Shown piece by piece: positions 28,899 through 37,816 of a stretch of 64,000 nucleotides of DNA. The notes under the pieces are model-generated. The model saw only the letters and a list, made by a program, of their open reading frames with translations. It did not search any database and had not been told where the DNA came from. The DNA is from an uncultured Bdellovibrionales bacterium (GTDB lineage: Bacteria; Patescibacteriota; Minisyncoccia; Moranbacterales; UBA1568): contig CAZTBI010000003.1 in the NCBI GenBank assembly GCA_964612055.1, positions 40,268 to 104,267 on the forward strand, in the 5' to 3' direction. The translations under genes were made by a program, and so were the position numbers. Numbering within the stretch: position 1 is the stretch's first letter; every line of letters begins with the position of its first letter.

Positions 28899-29558
28899 TT
28901 ATTCCTTGGTCTTTGTCGGAGTATCCCAGGAAGCAAAACGCTTTTCCAGAACCTTTACCCCAGCCTCAGTCATGAGTACATACTCGTGATCCAACAACTG
29001 CACTACGTTGAGGTTTTCTGTCAAAGTATTTTCTATTTTTGGAATGTTACGAGACATAACAGTGAGAGCAAACTCATCTCCCGAGAGAGACAGGGTCAAG
29101 CTCCGCCCATTCATACCGAGCGCCTTCATGGTCTCTGCAAACAATTTGGTCTTCTTTTCAGAGTAAGAGAGCGTATCAACAACCACTAACTTTCCAGCAC
29201 GAAGCTTTTCTGAAAGCGCAATCATGACGGCCTTCTGACGCATCTTAGCATTGGTATTCTTAGAAAAATTTCGTTCCTTGGTCGGACCAAAGGTGACTCC
29301 TCCCTTGCGCCACAATGGGCTACGGGTAGCACCAGCACGAGCGCGACCTGTTCCCTTCTGGCGCCACGGCTTGATACCGGAACCAGCACGCTCTCCCCGA
29401 TCTTTGGTATGAGCAATAGCCACACGCTTGTTCCCTGTCAAAGCAACGTATACCTGGTGCAAGAGCGTATCATTGGAAGGCTGCCCGAAAACAGACTCTT
29501 TCAAAGAAAGTTCTTTCACATCAGCTCCAGCAATATTTTTGACAGTGACAGTAGACAT
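28899..29558 (-). CDS. rplD: 50S ribosomal protein L4
   Basis: RQKGTGRARAG motif. Confidence 0.9.
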   Translation of the reverse strand: MSTVTVKNIAGADVKELSLKESVFGQPSNDTLLHQVYVALTGNKRVAIAHTKDRGERAGSGIKPWRQKGTGRARAGATRSPLWRKGGVTFGPTKERNFSKNTNAKMRQKAVMIALSEKLRAGKLVVVDTLSYSEKKTKLFAETMKALGMNGRSLTLSLSGDEFALTVMSRNIPKIENTLTENLNVVQLLDHEYVLMTEAGVKVLEKRFASWDTPTKTKE

Positions 29559-29571
29559 ACATTCGTTACAG

Positions 29572-30189
29572 TTAGTTTGCGCTCATCACTTGGACGATCC
29601 GGCCATTCACACCTGGGACAGCACCCTTCACACCGATCAAACCCTCTGCTTCATTGACATACACTACTGAGAGGTTGAGTGCGGTCATATTCTCACCACC
29701 CATGCGGCCAGCCATACGACGACCCTTGATGACGTGTTCTGGAAATGTGGCACCGATAGATCCTGGCTTGCGCAAGTCGTGCTTACCGCCGTGACTGCCG
29801 CGACCGCCAGCAAATCCATGACGCTTCACCACACCCTGGAATCCCTTTGATTTTGTCACACCAGCGACATTGACCTTGTCTCCTACAGCAAATACCGATA
29901 CGGCAATCTGCGTGTCGACAGGAAATTTCTCCAATTCCTTGGCGAGTTCCTGTATCTCTTCCGTGCGATTTTCTTTGGTCAATGCGCGATCAACACGGAA
30001 TTCCTTACGGACCGTTTTCTTAGCATTTTTCTTGGTCTCTACCTGAATCGCGAGGTAGCCGTCCTTTTCCAATGTTCGATTCAAAGTCACCTTATTCTCG
30101 CCACAAGCAATCAAAGTCATATTCAAGGCGCCCTTCGCTTCATCGAAGAGAGTCGTCATGCCAAGTTTTTTTCCTATGATGAATTTCAT
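29572..30189 (-). CDS. rplC: 50S ribosomal protein L3
   Basis: KGKGFQGVVKRHGF. Confidence 0.9.
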   Translation of the reverse strand: MKFIIGKKLGMTTLFDEAKGALNMTLIACGENKVTLNRTLEKDGYLAIQVETKKNAKKTVRKEFRVDRALTKENRTEEIQELAKELEKFPVDTQIAVSVFAVGDKVNVAGVTKSKGFQGVVKRHGFAGGRGSHGGKHDLRKPGSIGATFPEHVIKGRRMAGRMGGENMTALNLSVVYVNEAEGLIGVKGAVPGVNGRIVQVMSAN

Positions 30190-30328
30190 CGTCGTAGAGT
30201 ATCCTTATTTACAAACAAAAAACTGGGCTTGAAGCGTGCCAGTTTTCAGATTTCCTGAAATTGGTTCGCTTAGTATCCGCTCTTCTCACCTGAAGACTTC
30301 AAATGAAGAGGGACTTGAACGAGGGTGA

Positions 30329-30655
30329 CTACATCTTTATCTCCACATCTACACCAGCGGGGAGATCAAGGTTCGTCAGGTTGTCTATTGTTTTTGCTGT
30401 CGGATTGATAATGTCGATCAGGCGCTTGTGCACTCGCATCTCGTATTGATCACGAGAGTTTTTGTGCACGAACGTCGAGCGGTTAACAGTCACTTTGTGG
30501 ATTTCTGTCGGAAGCGGCACTGGACCGGTAATTTCTGCTCCGGTACGCTCGGCTGTTTCGACGATCTTCCGCGCTGACTGGTCAATCACCTTGTGATCGT
30601 ACGCTTTGATCTTGATTCGGACACGCAGATTAGGCGTTGTTTCTGTCTTTTTCAT
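30329..30655 (-). CDS. rpsJ: 30S ribosomal protein S10
   Basis: [16 protein letters not shown]; start taken at the second ATG (MKK), 7 nt downstream of TATAAT. Confidence 0.9.
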   Translation of the reverse strand: MKKTETTPNLRVRIKIKAYDHKVIDQSARKIVETAERTGAEITGPVPLPTEIHKVTVNRSTFVHKNSRDQYEMRVHKRLIDIINPTAKTIDNLTNLDLPAGVDVEIKM

Positions 30656-30662
30656 TGCGTTC

Positions 30663-30691
30663 ATTATAATCTATCTTTTCCCTTTTTTCAA
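30663..30691 (-). promoter_or_regulatory. consensus sigma70 promoter of the S10 operon (leaderless arrangement)
   Basis: Minus strand TTGAAA-17 nt-TATAAT; the -10 abuts or overlaps the first in-frame ATG and lies 7 nt from the second. Confidence 0.7.
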
Positions 30692-30768
30692 GAGAACTAT
30701 CGTGGGAGTAACCGCCAACCGGTTACTCTCCACTAAGTTGTCTCGAAGTGTATCCGCCTGAAGCAGGA

Positions 30769-31962
30769 TTATTTCGTGATCTTGGTAGCAACACCAGCAC
30801 CGACAGTGCGTCCACCTTCGCGGATAGCAAAGCGCATACCTTCTTCCATGGCAACTGGAGCCAAGAGCTTGATATTGAGCTTGACGGTATCACCAGGCAT
30901 CACCATCTCAGTTCCTTCTGGCAAAATCACTTCACCAGTCACGTCAGTCGTGCGGATATAGAACTGTGGCTTGTAACCCTTGAAGAACGGAGTGTGACGA
31001 CCACCTTCCTCTTTGGAGAGGACGTACACTTCACCTTCAAATTCAGTATGAGGAGTGATCGAACCAGGCTTGGCCAATACCTGACCACGCTCGACATCTT
31101 CCTTTTTGATACCACGAATGAGGAGTCCGGCATTGTCACCAGCAGTTCCCTTGTCGAGCTGCTTGTTAAACATTTCGATACCAGTCACTACCGTCTTGGC
31201 AGTATCCTTGATACCAACGATTTCTACTTCTTCGTTGATGTTCACCATACCACGCTCGATACGGCCAGTCACTACTGTACCGCGACCTTCGATCGAGAAA
31301 ATGTCTTCGATTGGCATGAGGAATGGCTTGTCGAGATCACGCACTGGCTGTGGAATCTGCGTGTCAAGAGCCGCCATCAGATCCAAAATTGGCTTGGCAT
31401 CAGCTTCATCAGCACTCTTAGCATTCAAAGCCTTCAAAGCGCTTCCACGAACGATAGTAGCGTTATCACCGTCAAATTCGTACTTGGAAAGGAGTTCGCG
31501 AACTTCAGCCTCTACGAGGTCGATCAATTCAGCGTCATCTACCATATCTACCTTGTTCAAGAAAACCACGATAGCTGGTACACCCACTTGACGAGCCAAA
31601 AGGATGTGCTCGCGGGTCTGAGGCATAGGACCATCAGTGGCAGACACCACCAAGATAGCGCCGTCCATCTGAGCGGCACCCGTAATCATGTTCTTGATAT
31701 AGTCAGCGTGACCAGGACAGTCAACGTGAGCATAGTGACGAACATCAGATTCGTATTCACAGTGTGAGGTCGAGATGGTGATACCACGCTCTTTTTCCTC
31801 TGGAGCCTTGTCGATCTCATCAACACTTTTCTCCTTGGCAAATCCCTTCATGGACATGACGTGAAGAATAGCGGCGGTAAGCGTTGTCTTACCGTGGTCA
31901 ACGTGACCGATGGTACCAACGTTTACATGGGGCTTAGAACGGTTGAATTGCTCTGCTGCCAT
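30769..31962 (-). CDS. tuf: translation elongation factor Tu
   Basis: [26 protein letters not shown]. Confidence 0.97.
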   Translation of the reverse strand: MAAEQFNRSKPHVNVGTIGHVDHGKTTLTAAILHVMSMKGFAKEKSVDEIDKAPEEKERGITISTSHCEYESDVRHYAHVDCPGHADYIKNMITGAAQMDGAILVVSATDGPMPQTREHILLARQVGVPAIVVFLNKVDMVDDAELIDLVEAEVRELLSKYEFDGDNATIVRGSALKALNAKSADEADAKPILDLMAALDTQIPQPVRDLDKPFLMPIEDIFSIEGRGTVVTGRIERGMVNINEEVEIVGIKDTAKTVVTGIEMFNKQLDKGTAGDNAGLLIRGIKKEDVERGQVLAKPGSITPHTEFEGEVYVLSKEEGGRHTPFFKGYKPQFYIRTTDVTGEVILPEGTEMVMPGDTVKLNIKLLAPVAMEEGMRFAIREGGRTVGAGVATKITK

Positions 31963-32063
31963 AACCTTTTATTCAAACGAATTATTATAAAACTTTGCTT
32001 GTTTTTCTATCGAGTCTTGAGACGTCAAAAACGAAAAAAGCTCGAGAAAAAGCGTCACTCGCT

Positions 32064-32092
32064 ATAATATCAACTGGTTGGAAAACTGTCAA
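32064..32092 (-). promoter_or_regulatory. sigma70 promoter of tuf with GGGG-extended -35
   Basis: Minus strand GGGGTTGACA-17 nt-TATTAT, about 100 nt upstream of the tuf ATG. Confidence 0.7.
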
Positions 32093-32238
32093 CCCCGATA
32101 CCATTTCTTCCTCATCAGTCCTGATATTCCCTCTCCAGCCAAGTCACCGGAGAGGAAAATACAGGGCCTCCAGTGTACACTTTGGTAATGAAAACCCCGC
32201 GCTGACCGTAGCCAAACGCGGGATCCGATCCGAGGTGT

Positions 32239-32562
32239 TCAGAAATTGAATTCTTGATAGCCGTGCTCCGTGTCATAGTCGGGCAGCCAGTAGTCAGCTC
32301 GTTGAGCGTCAATGTAGCTCAGGTGGACTTCATAGTCGCAGTCATCTCCCAGCCGGTACTGCTCCAGGACATACGTCGCCAATCCCTGCGCATCTTCAAT
32401 ACACACTCGCAGGATTTTCACCCCATTCCACATACCACGCTGAGCGGATATGAGATTGAGCTCCAACTTACGTTCCCTGAGCCAAGCGATCAATTCTTCT
32501 CGATAGGACTCCTGATGTCCGACTCGGATATCAACATACTGCTTTGCTGTGACAGCTGACAT
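32239..32562 (-). CDS. hypothetical acidic 107-aa protein inserted between fusA and tuf
   Basis: ORF with its own promoter and an ACGGAGAC Shine-Dalgarno 5 nt before the ATG (MSAVTAKQYVDIRV...); no recognisable family. Confidence 0.55.
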   Translation of the reverse strand: MSAVTAKQYVDIRVGHQESYREELIAWLRERKLELNLISAQRGMWNGVKILRVCIEDAQGLATYVLEQYRLGDDCDYEVHLSYIDAQRADYWLPDYDTEHGYQEFNF

Positions 32563-32607
32563 GACAAGTCTCCGTAGCAAACCCGTTGGAGAGATTTCCA
32601 ACAGACT

Positions 32608-32636
32608 AGACTACCCAAAAAGAAGGTGGTTGTCAA
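32608..32636 (-). promoter_or_regulatory. sigma70 promoter of the orphan gene
   Basis: Minus strand TTGACA-17 nt-TAGTCT, directly downstream of the fusA terminator. Confidence 0.6.
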
Positions 32637-32640
32637 TTTC

Positions 32641-32669
32641 AAAAACAAAAACCAGCCCACTCGGGCTGG
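32641..32669 (-). terminator. rho-independent terminator after fusA
   Basis: Minus strand CCAGCCC-GAGT-GGGCTGG followed by TTTTTGTTTTTG. Confidence 0.8.
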
Positions 32670-32696
32670 TTTGGAAGTTTCGTGATTCCCCCCTCC

Positions 32697-34808
32697 TTAT
32701 GCTACGGCCTTCACATCACCAGAAGCCGTGCGGGTACCGATAATTTCAGTCGCCACGTTGTTTGGCACTTCGGCATAGTGACCGAATTCCATGGAGTAGC
32801 TGGCGCGACCCTGCGACATCGAGCGCATCTGAGTCGCATAGCCGAACATGGACGAAAGAGGCACTTCGGCATGAATCTCTTTGACGGCAGCTGTACCCTC
32901 TCCACGAGCATTCATCTCCTTGATGACACCACGCTTGGACGATAGGTCACCCACGATATCACCCATGAAGTTTTCTGGAGTAATGACCACCACTTTCATA
33001 ATTGGTTCCAAAATCATCGGCTTGGCCTTGCGACAAGCTTCCTTGAACGCCATAGAACCAGCGATACGGAACGCAGCTTCCGAAGAGTCAACATCGTGAT
33101 ACGATCCATCGTAGACAGTCGCTTTCACGTCCACCATTGGATAACCAGCAAGCACACCCGTCTGCATCGCTTCCTGAATTCCCTTGTCGATCGGCTTGAT
33201 GAATTCCTGTGGGATAGCACCACCCTTTACTTCGTTACCGAATTCATAGCCCTTACCAGTTTCATTGGCTTCCACCCGGATCCAACAATGACCATATTGC
33301 CCTCGTCCACCAGACTGCTTGATGTACTTTCCTTCGGATTCAGCCATGCCACGAATGGTTTCACGGTAGGCCACCTGAGGACGACCGACGTTCACTTCTA
33401 CTTTGAATTCACGACGCATACGATCCACCAAGATATCAAGGTGCAGCTCTCCCATACCAGACATGATCGTCTGTCCCGTCTCTTCATCAGTGTGGACACG
33501 GAAGGTCGGATCTTCTTCGAGCAGTTTCTTCAAAGCCATACCCATCTTTTCCTGGTCAGCCTTCGTTTTTGGCTCGACAGAAATATCGATCACCGGTTCT
33601 GGAAAAGTAATCGATTCGAGAATCACTGGTTTGTCCAAATCGCAGAGTGTGTTCCCAGTGGTAGTCACTTTCATACCAACCAAAGCACCAATATCACCAG
33701 CGGAAAGCTCTTCGATTTCTTCACGGTGATTGGCATGCATACGGAGAATACGTCCGATACGTTCCTTCTCATTCTTGGTGGAGTTGAGCACGTAGGATCC
33801 AGCCTTTACCGTACCAGAGTAGACACGGAAGAACGTCAGCTGTCCCACGAACGGATCGGTGGCGATCTTGAACGCTAGCGCCGAGAAGATTTCATCATCT
33901 CGCGTCTCACGAACAAGCGGTGCATCGGTCTTTGGATCAGTGCCCGTCACTGGAGGAATATCAATTGGGGATGGAAGATAATCAACAACCGCATCAAGTA
34001 CCAACTGCACGCCCTTATTACGAAGAGCAGTACCAGTCATCACTGGATGAAGCTTCACAGCGATAGTCGCTTTACGAAGCGCTGCCTTTAATTCGGCAAC
34101 CGAAATTTCTTCACCATTCAAGTACTTCTCAGTGAGCGTATCATCCGTTTCGGAAATCTTTTCCACCATTTTTTCACGCCATTCGCGGGCCTGCTCAGCG
34201 TACTCAGCTGGAATCTCACCCTCAATCACTTTCTCACCCATGTCGCCATCGAACGTGTAGGCCTTCATGGTCATGAGGTCAATCAGACCATAGAAATCAC
34301 CGCGCAGTCCCATCGGGTACTGGATAGCCACAGCATGTGGAGTCAAGCGGTTCCAAATAGAAGACAGCGCTTCTTCAAAGACGGCGCCCTCTTTGTCGAT
34401 CTTGTTGATAAAGCACATACGAGGCACTTCGTATTTCTCAGCCTGGCGCCATACGGTCTCAGACTGCGGCTCCACACCTTCTTTCCCATCGAAAACAACC
34501 ACGCCACCGTCAAGGACGCGCAAAGAACGCTCTACTTCTACGGTAAAGTCTACGTGACCAGGCGTGTCGATGATGTTGATGTGATGACCCTTCCAGTAAC
34601 AGGTGGTGGCAGCGGAAGTGATCGTGATGCCACGCTCCTGCTCCTGCTCCATCCAGTCCATGGTCGCGGTTCCTTCGTGCACTTCACCAATCTTGTGCGT
34701 GATACCGGTGTAGAACAAAATACGCTCCGTCGTCGTTGTCTTACCAGCGTCGATGTGCGCGATAATACCGATATTGCGATATTTCTCGATAGGAGTCTTG
34801 CGAGCCAT
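32697..34808 (-). CDS. fusA: translation elongation factor G
   Basis: [20 protein letters not shown]; 703 aa. Confidence 0.97.
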   Translation of the reverse strand: MARKTPIEKYRNIGIIAHIDAGKTTTTERILFYTGITHKIGEVHEGTATMDWMEQEQERGITITSAATTCYWKGHHINIIDTPGHVDFTVEVERSLRVLDGGVVVFDGKEGVEPQSETVWRQAEKYEVPRMCFINKIDKEGAVFEEALSSIWNRLTPHAVAIQYPMGLRGDFYGLIDLMTMKAYTFDGDMGEKVIEGEIPAEYAEQAREWREKMVEKISETDDTLTEKYLNGEEISVAELKAALRKATIAVKLHPVMTGTALRNKGVQLVLDAVVDYLPSPIDIPPVTGTDPKTDAPLVRETRDDEIFSALAFKIATDPFVGQLTFFRVYSGTVKAGSYVLNSTKNEKERIGRILRMHANHREEIEELSAGDIGALVGMKVTTTGNTLCDLDKPVILESITFPEPVIDISVEPKTKADQEKMGMALKKLLEEDPTFRVHTDEETGQTIMSGMGELHLDILVDRMRREFKVEVNVGRPQVAYRETIRGMAESEGKYIKQSGGRGQYGHCWIRVEANETGKGYEFGNEVKGGAIPQEFIKPIDKGIQEAMQTGVLAGYPMVDVKATVYDGSYHDVDSSEAAFRIAGSMAFKEACRKAKPMILEPIMKVVVITPENFMGDIVGDLSSKRGVIKEMNARGEGTAAVKEIHAEVPLSSMFGYATQMRSMSQGRASYSMEFGHYAEVPNNVATEIIGTRTASGDVKAVA

Positions 34809-34919
34809 ACACGTTTATGAAAAGGAAATTATTTTACTTTATGATTTATGAAAGGAAAGAAGAAAGAAAAGTGACTCTTCTTTCTTCTCATTCATCTCAG
34901 GAATAGACATTGGAGAGCC

Positions 34920-35387
34920 TTAGGCGAAATGGGCAAAAGCCTTGTTGGCTTCGGCCATACGGTGCGTTTCGTCACGCTTCTTCATAGCTGATCCAACTTT
35001 GTTCGAAGCATCAAGGAGTTCGTCGGCCAGCTTCTCAGCCATAGCCTTCCCCTTCTTGTTGCGACAGCTGTCGCGAATCCAACGCATAGCGAGCACCTGG
35101 CGACGCTCACCAGAAACCGGCACCGGCACCTGATAGTTGGCGCCACCAACGCGGCGACTCTTCAACTGCAAAAGTGGTGAAACGTTCTTGATCGCCTGTT
35201 CAAAAGTATTGAGACCACCCTTCTTGGTACGCTCATGGATAATATCAAATGATTCGTAGACAATCTTTTCAGCCACGCTCTTCTTGCCGCACCACATGAT
35301 CATGCCAACAAAATGACCAACTAACGGATTTCCATACAGAGTATCCGGCTTCCATTCACGGGCAAATTGTCGTTTTCTTCGTGGCAT
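34920..35387 (-). CDS. rpsG: 30S ribosomal protein S7
   Basis: MPRRKRQFAREWKPD...; 155 aa. Confidence 0.92.
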   Translation of the reverse strand: MPRRKRQFAREWKPDTLYGNPLVGHFVGMIMWCGKKSVAEKIVYESFDIIHERTKKGGLNTFEQAIKNVSPLLQLKSRRVGGANYQVPVPVSGERRQVLAMRWIRDSCRNKKGKAMAEKLADELLDASNKVGSAMKKRDETHRMAEANKAFAHFA

Positions 35388-35415
35388 AGCGTCTTACAAA
35401 AATATCAGGGAGAAA

Positions 35416-35832
35416 TTAATCCTTCTTCTTGTCCTTCTTGGCACCGTACTTGCTGCGGCTTTGCTTACGCGCTACACCAGCGGCATCGAAGATACCACGG
35501 ACGATGTGATAGCGTACACCAGGGAGATCCTTCACGCGACCACCGCGGATCATGACGATCGAGTGCTCCTGCAAATTATGTCCTTCACCTGGGATGTAGG
35601 CCGTCACTTCCATACCGTTCGTCAAACGCACACGAGCAATCTTACGAAGAGCGGAGTTTGGCTTCTTTGGAGTCGTGGTCGATACCTTGATACACACACC
35701 GCGCTTGAATGGACTATCGTGAAACGTGTTGCGGTTCTTGACCGTGTTGATCGAATACGTCATGGCCGGAGATTTGGATTTCTTCACCGATGAAGTACGA
35801 GGACGCTTGATAAGTTGGTTGATCGTGGCCAC
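35416..35832 (-). CDS. rpsL: 30S ribosomal protein S12
   Basis: ATINQL...[10 protein letters not shown]; GTG start. Confidence 0.92.
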   Translation of the reverse strand: MATINQLIKRPRTSSVKKSKSPAMTYSINTVKNRNTFHDSPFKRGVCIKVSTTTPKKPNSALRKIARVRLTNGMEVTAYIPGEGHNLQEHSIVMIRGGRVKDLPGVRYHIVRGIFDAAGVARKQSRSKYGAKKDKKKD

Positions 35833-35930
35833 AGGACTTGGAAAAAATTAGAGCGATTATTATTGAAAGAATCTGAGGGGAATCCCTCGTACAAAGACAA
35901 ACAAAAAAGCGGTGCTTTTCCGTAGTGCCT

Positions 35931-35960
35931 ATACTACCCTACGATTCAGGTTTGTGTCAA
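35931..35960 (-). promoter_or_regulatory. sigma70 promoter of the str operon (rpsL-rpsG-fusA) with GGGG-extended -35
   Basis: Minus strand GGGGTTGACA-18 nt-TAGTAT. Confidence 0.65.
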
Positions 35961-35986
35961 CCCCGCCCTCCCTTAGAGGCTTTTGC

Positions 35987-36709
35987 TTAGAGGGTAAGCC
36001 GGAGAAAAAGACTCAAGACAAAGTTGATAAAAATACCAATGGGCTCAGAAAAGAAGAAGATGACGAAAATAAGGAGAAAAAGTCCGTACTGCTCAATCAT
36101 GAGGACCGTTCGTTCCGAAAGGGAGAGGAAAGTATAGAGAATCTTGGAGCCATCAAGCGGCGGAACAGGCAAGAGATTAAAACACCCTAAAACCACATTC
36201 CACAAGATAATCATTAGGAGTATAAGGAAAATGATGTGCCAAAATGACCCCGCAACAGAGTCCGCTAAAAGTCCCCACTTATCCATGAATCCATCTTTCG
36301 GCGAAGCCATATAAAGCCTCCTAATAATGTCTACTTTAGCAGCTGTAACGATTGGCAACATACTCGCAATCAGAGCAGCTACAAAGGCGACAATAAAGTT
36401 TGAGGCTGGTCCAGCTAAAGCTACTAGTGTGGGCCCCCACTTCTGATCACGCAGATTATAAGGATTGTACGGTACTGGTTTAGCCCAACCGAAAATAAAT
36501 GGTGACTGAGTGATAAAAAGAAGTACTGGCAAAATGACTGATCCAAACGGATCAATATGCTTCATGGGGTTCAAATTGAGCCGCCCGGCATATTTGGCCG
36601 TCAGATCCCCTAGAAAAAGTGCCATCACCCCGTGGGACACCTCGTGAATAATAACCGAATAAATGAGGGTCAGGAGATAAAAACCGACCAAAACTATTTC
36701 GTGCATCAT
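35987..36709 (-). CDS. M50-like (site-2 protease family) integral-membrane zinc metalloprotease
   Basis: HEVSHGVMA HExxH within a TM helix; multiple TM segments. Start set at MMHEIVLVGF, because the longer track ORF would overlap rpmB. Confidence 0.7.
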   Translation of the reverse strand: MMHEIVLVGFYLLTLIYSVIIHEVSHGVMALFLGDLTAKYAGRLNLNPMKHIDPFGSVILPVLLFITQSPFIFGWAKPVPYNPYNLRDQKWGPTLVALAGPASNFIVAFVAALIASMLPIVTAAKVDIIRRLYMASPKDGFMDKWGLLADSVAGSFWHIIFLILLMIILWNVVLGCFNLLPVPPLDGSKILYTFLSLSERTVLMIEQYGLFLLIFVIFFFSEPIGIFINFVLSLFLRLTL

Positions 36710-36739
36710 GTTTTCTGAAAAAAGTAACGACTCTCTTCC

Positions 36740-36769
36740 TTGGCCTTGCCAAGAAAGCTTCTCTATGAT
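36740..36769 (+). promoter_or_regulatory. possible promoter of rpmB
   Basis: TTGGCC-18 nt-TATGAT, about 33 nt upstream of the rpmB ATG. Confidence 0.35.
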
Positions 36770-36802
36770 ACTCTGATTTTTGTAACTGTTCAACAGGATC
36801 TT

Positions 36803-36979
36803 ATGAGCCGAACCTGCCAACTCACCGGCCGTGGAACGAAAACTGGGAATAAAATCAGCCATTCCAAGCGTCACAGTCGTCGCACTTTCAAGGTAAACGT
36901 GCAGACCAAGCGTCTCGGAGGCATGAAACTCCGTCTGGCCACCAAAACACTGCGCACTCTTGCCAAAGCAACTGCGTAG
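36803..36979 (+). CDS. rpmB: 50S ribosomal protein L28
   Basis: MSRTCQLTGRGTKTGNKISHSKRHSRRTF matches the L28 N-terminus; 58 aa from the internal ATG of track ORF 36740..36979. Confidence 0.85.
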   Translation: MSRTCQLTGRGTKTGNKISHSKRHSRRTFKVNVQTKRLGGMKLRLATKTLRTLAKATA

Positions 36980-36990
36980 TCCAAAACAAA

Positions 36991-37019
36991 AAACCTCCCC
37001 ATTCTGGGAGGTTTTTTTT
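36991..37019 (+). terminator. rho-independent terminator after rpmB
   Basis: CCTCCCA-ttc-TGGGAGG followed by TTTTTTTT. Confidence 0.85.
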
Positions 37020-37101
37020 GTTTTTTGTGACGCCCGATATATTTACCTGCCTACAGCAGGCTACAGCCCGTAAAATATAGGTGAGCGTAACGAAATTTGA
37101 G

Positions 37102-37134
37102 ACAAATGAAAAGAGGGAACCGTGAGATTCCCTC
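37102..37134 (-). terminator. rho-independent terminator of the small-protein cassette
   Basis: Minus strand GAGGGAA-tctcacgg-TTCCCTC followed by TTTTCATTT. Confidence 0.65.
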
Positions 37135-37158
37135 TGTATTGTTGCTGGCGTTGCCAGC

Positions 37159-37359
37159 TTAGAAGCCGTGTTGCTCCGGATGATCGAGCGAATGCTGCAG
37201 CGCCGGATTGGTGATGCCAGCATCATCGAGACCAAAGCGCTGATCGAACCGACTCAGCACAAGCTTCGTGTTCGCCGCAAGTTGCTCTGCCGTCAAACCG
37301 CTCTGCGGTTGCGGTAGTGGACCGTTTCCGAGGTCACCCCCGGGGTTTTCGTTTGCCAT
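37159..37359 (-). CDS. hypothetical acidic Pro/Gly-rich 66-aa protein (cassette gene 2)
   Basis: AAGGAG Shine-Dalgarno 6 nt before the ATG (MANENPGGDLGNGPLPQPQ...); GC-rich codons. Confidence 0.5.
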   Translation of the reverse strand: MANENPGGDLGNGPLPQPQSGLTAEQLAANTKLVLSRFDQRFGLDDAGITNPALQHSLDHPEQHGF

Positions 37360-37396
37360 GGCATACTCCTTGTTCAACTCGAACGGGGTGATTGGG

Positions 37397-37594
37397 TCAA
37401 GCGGTAGCAGCCGCTGCAGCCAACCGCTTCTTGAAAAAGATCATGACCAGATCGGACCGGTCTCCGTGAATCCGACGCTTGCACGAACCAGCGCCCATAG
37501 CATTCACGCACGCCTGGCCGCCTTCCACATGCAGGATGCACTTGGGATTGTCCCGGACACAGGACCAGCTTTGATCCTTCTCTTTGGCATTCAT
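37397..37594 (-). CDS. hypothetical basic 4-Cys 65-aa protein (cassette gene 1)
   Basis: AAGGAG Shine-Dalgarno 9 nt before the ATG; cysteines in SCVRDNPKC...ACVNAMGAGSC; C-terminal AAAAATA. Confidence 0.5.
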   Translation of the reverse strand: MNAKEKDQSWSCVRDNPKCILHVEGGQACVNAMGAGSCKRRIHGDRSDLVMIFFKKRLAAAAATA

Positions 37595-37721
37595 GATGAA
37601 ACTCTCCTTCTTGCTTTTGCTATTGAACCGTCAAAATGTCAAACAACCAAACGAAGAATGCACTTTGTGATGCATCCCCCTATTACCCTTCGTGCCAAAG
37701 CTTGTGACTTGGTACCCCGGC

Positions 37722-37750
37722 ATTATACGTTGCTTTCTCCACTTTGTCAA
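37722..37750 (-). promoter_or_regulatory. perfect-consensus sigma70 promoter of the small-protein cassette
   Basis: Minus strand TTGACA-17 nt-TATAAT followed by a ~110-nt structured leader. Confidence 0.7.
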
Positions 37751-37754
37751 GGGT

Positions 37755-37780
37755 ACAAAAAAGGCCTCTATGAGGCCATT
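37755..37780 (-). terminator. rho-independent terminator after ndk
   Basis: Minus strand GGCCTC-ata-GAGGCC followed by TTTTTTGT. Confidence 0.75.
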
Positions 37781-37816
37781 TTTGACACCTATTTTTTGAA
37801 AAATCGCTTGAAACTG

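Noticed and set aside
30190-30328. Possible tRNA or attenuator in the rpsJ-rplC spacer (GGGACTTGAACGAGGG, AAAACTGG...CCAGTTTTTT)
   Set aside because: No cloverleaf can be built: the acceptor and T arms are not complementary, and the AAAACTGG/CCAGTTTT stem is AT-rich and imperfect. At most a weak intra-operon hairpin.
30748-31767. 339-aa plus-strand ORF antisense to tuf, and similar long antisense ORFs over fusA (33096..33878), ftsZ and gyrB
   Set aside because: They are antisense to highly conserved genes, and their low-complexity, Ser/Thr/His-rich translations are typical of shadow ORFs.
36888-37235. 115-aa minus-strand ORF overlapping rpmB and its terminator
   Set aside because: It overlaps the well-supported L28 gene and a strong terminator hairpin; no motif.
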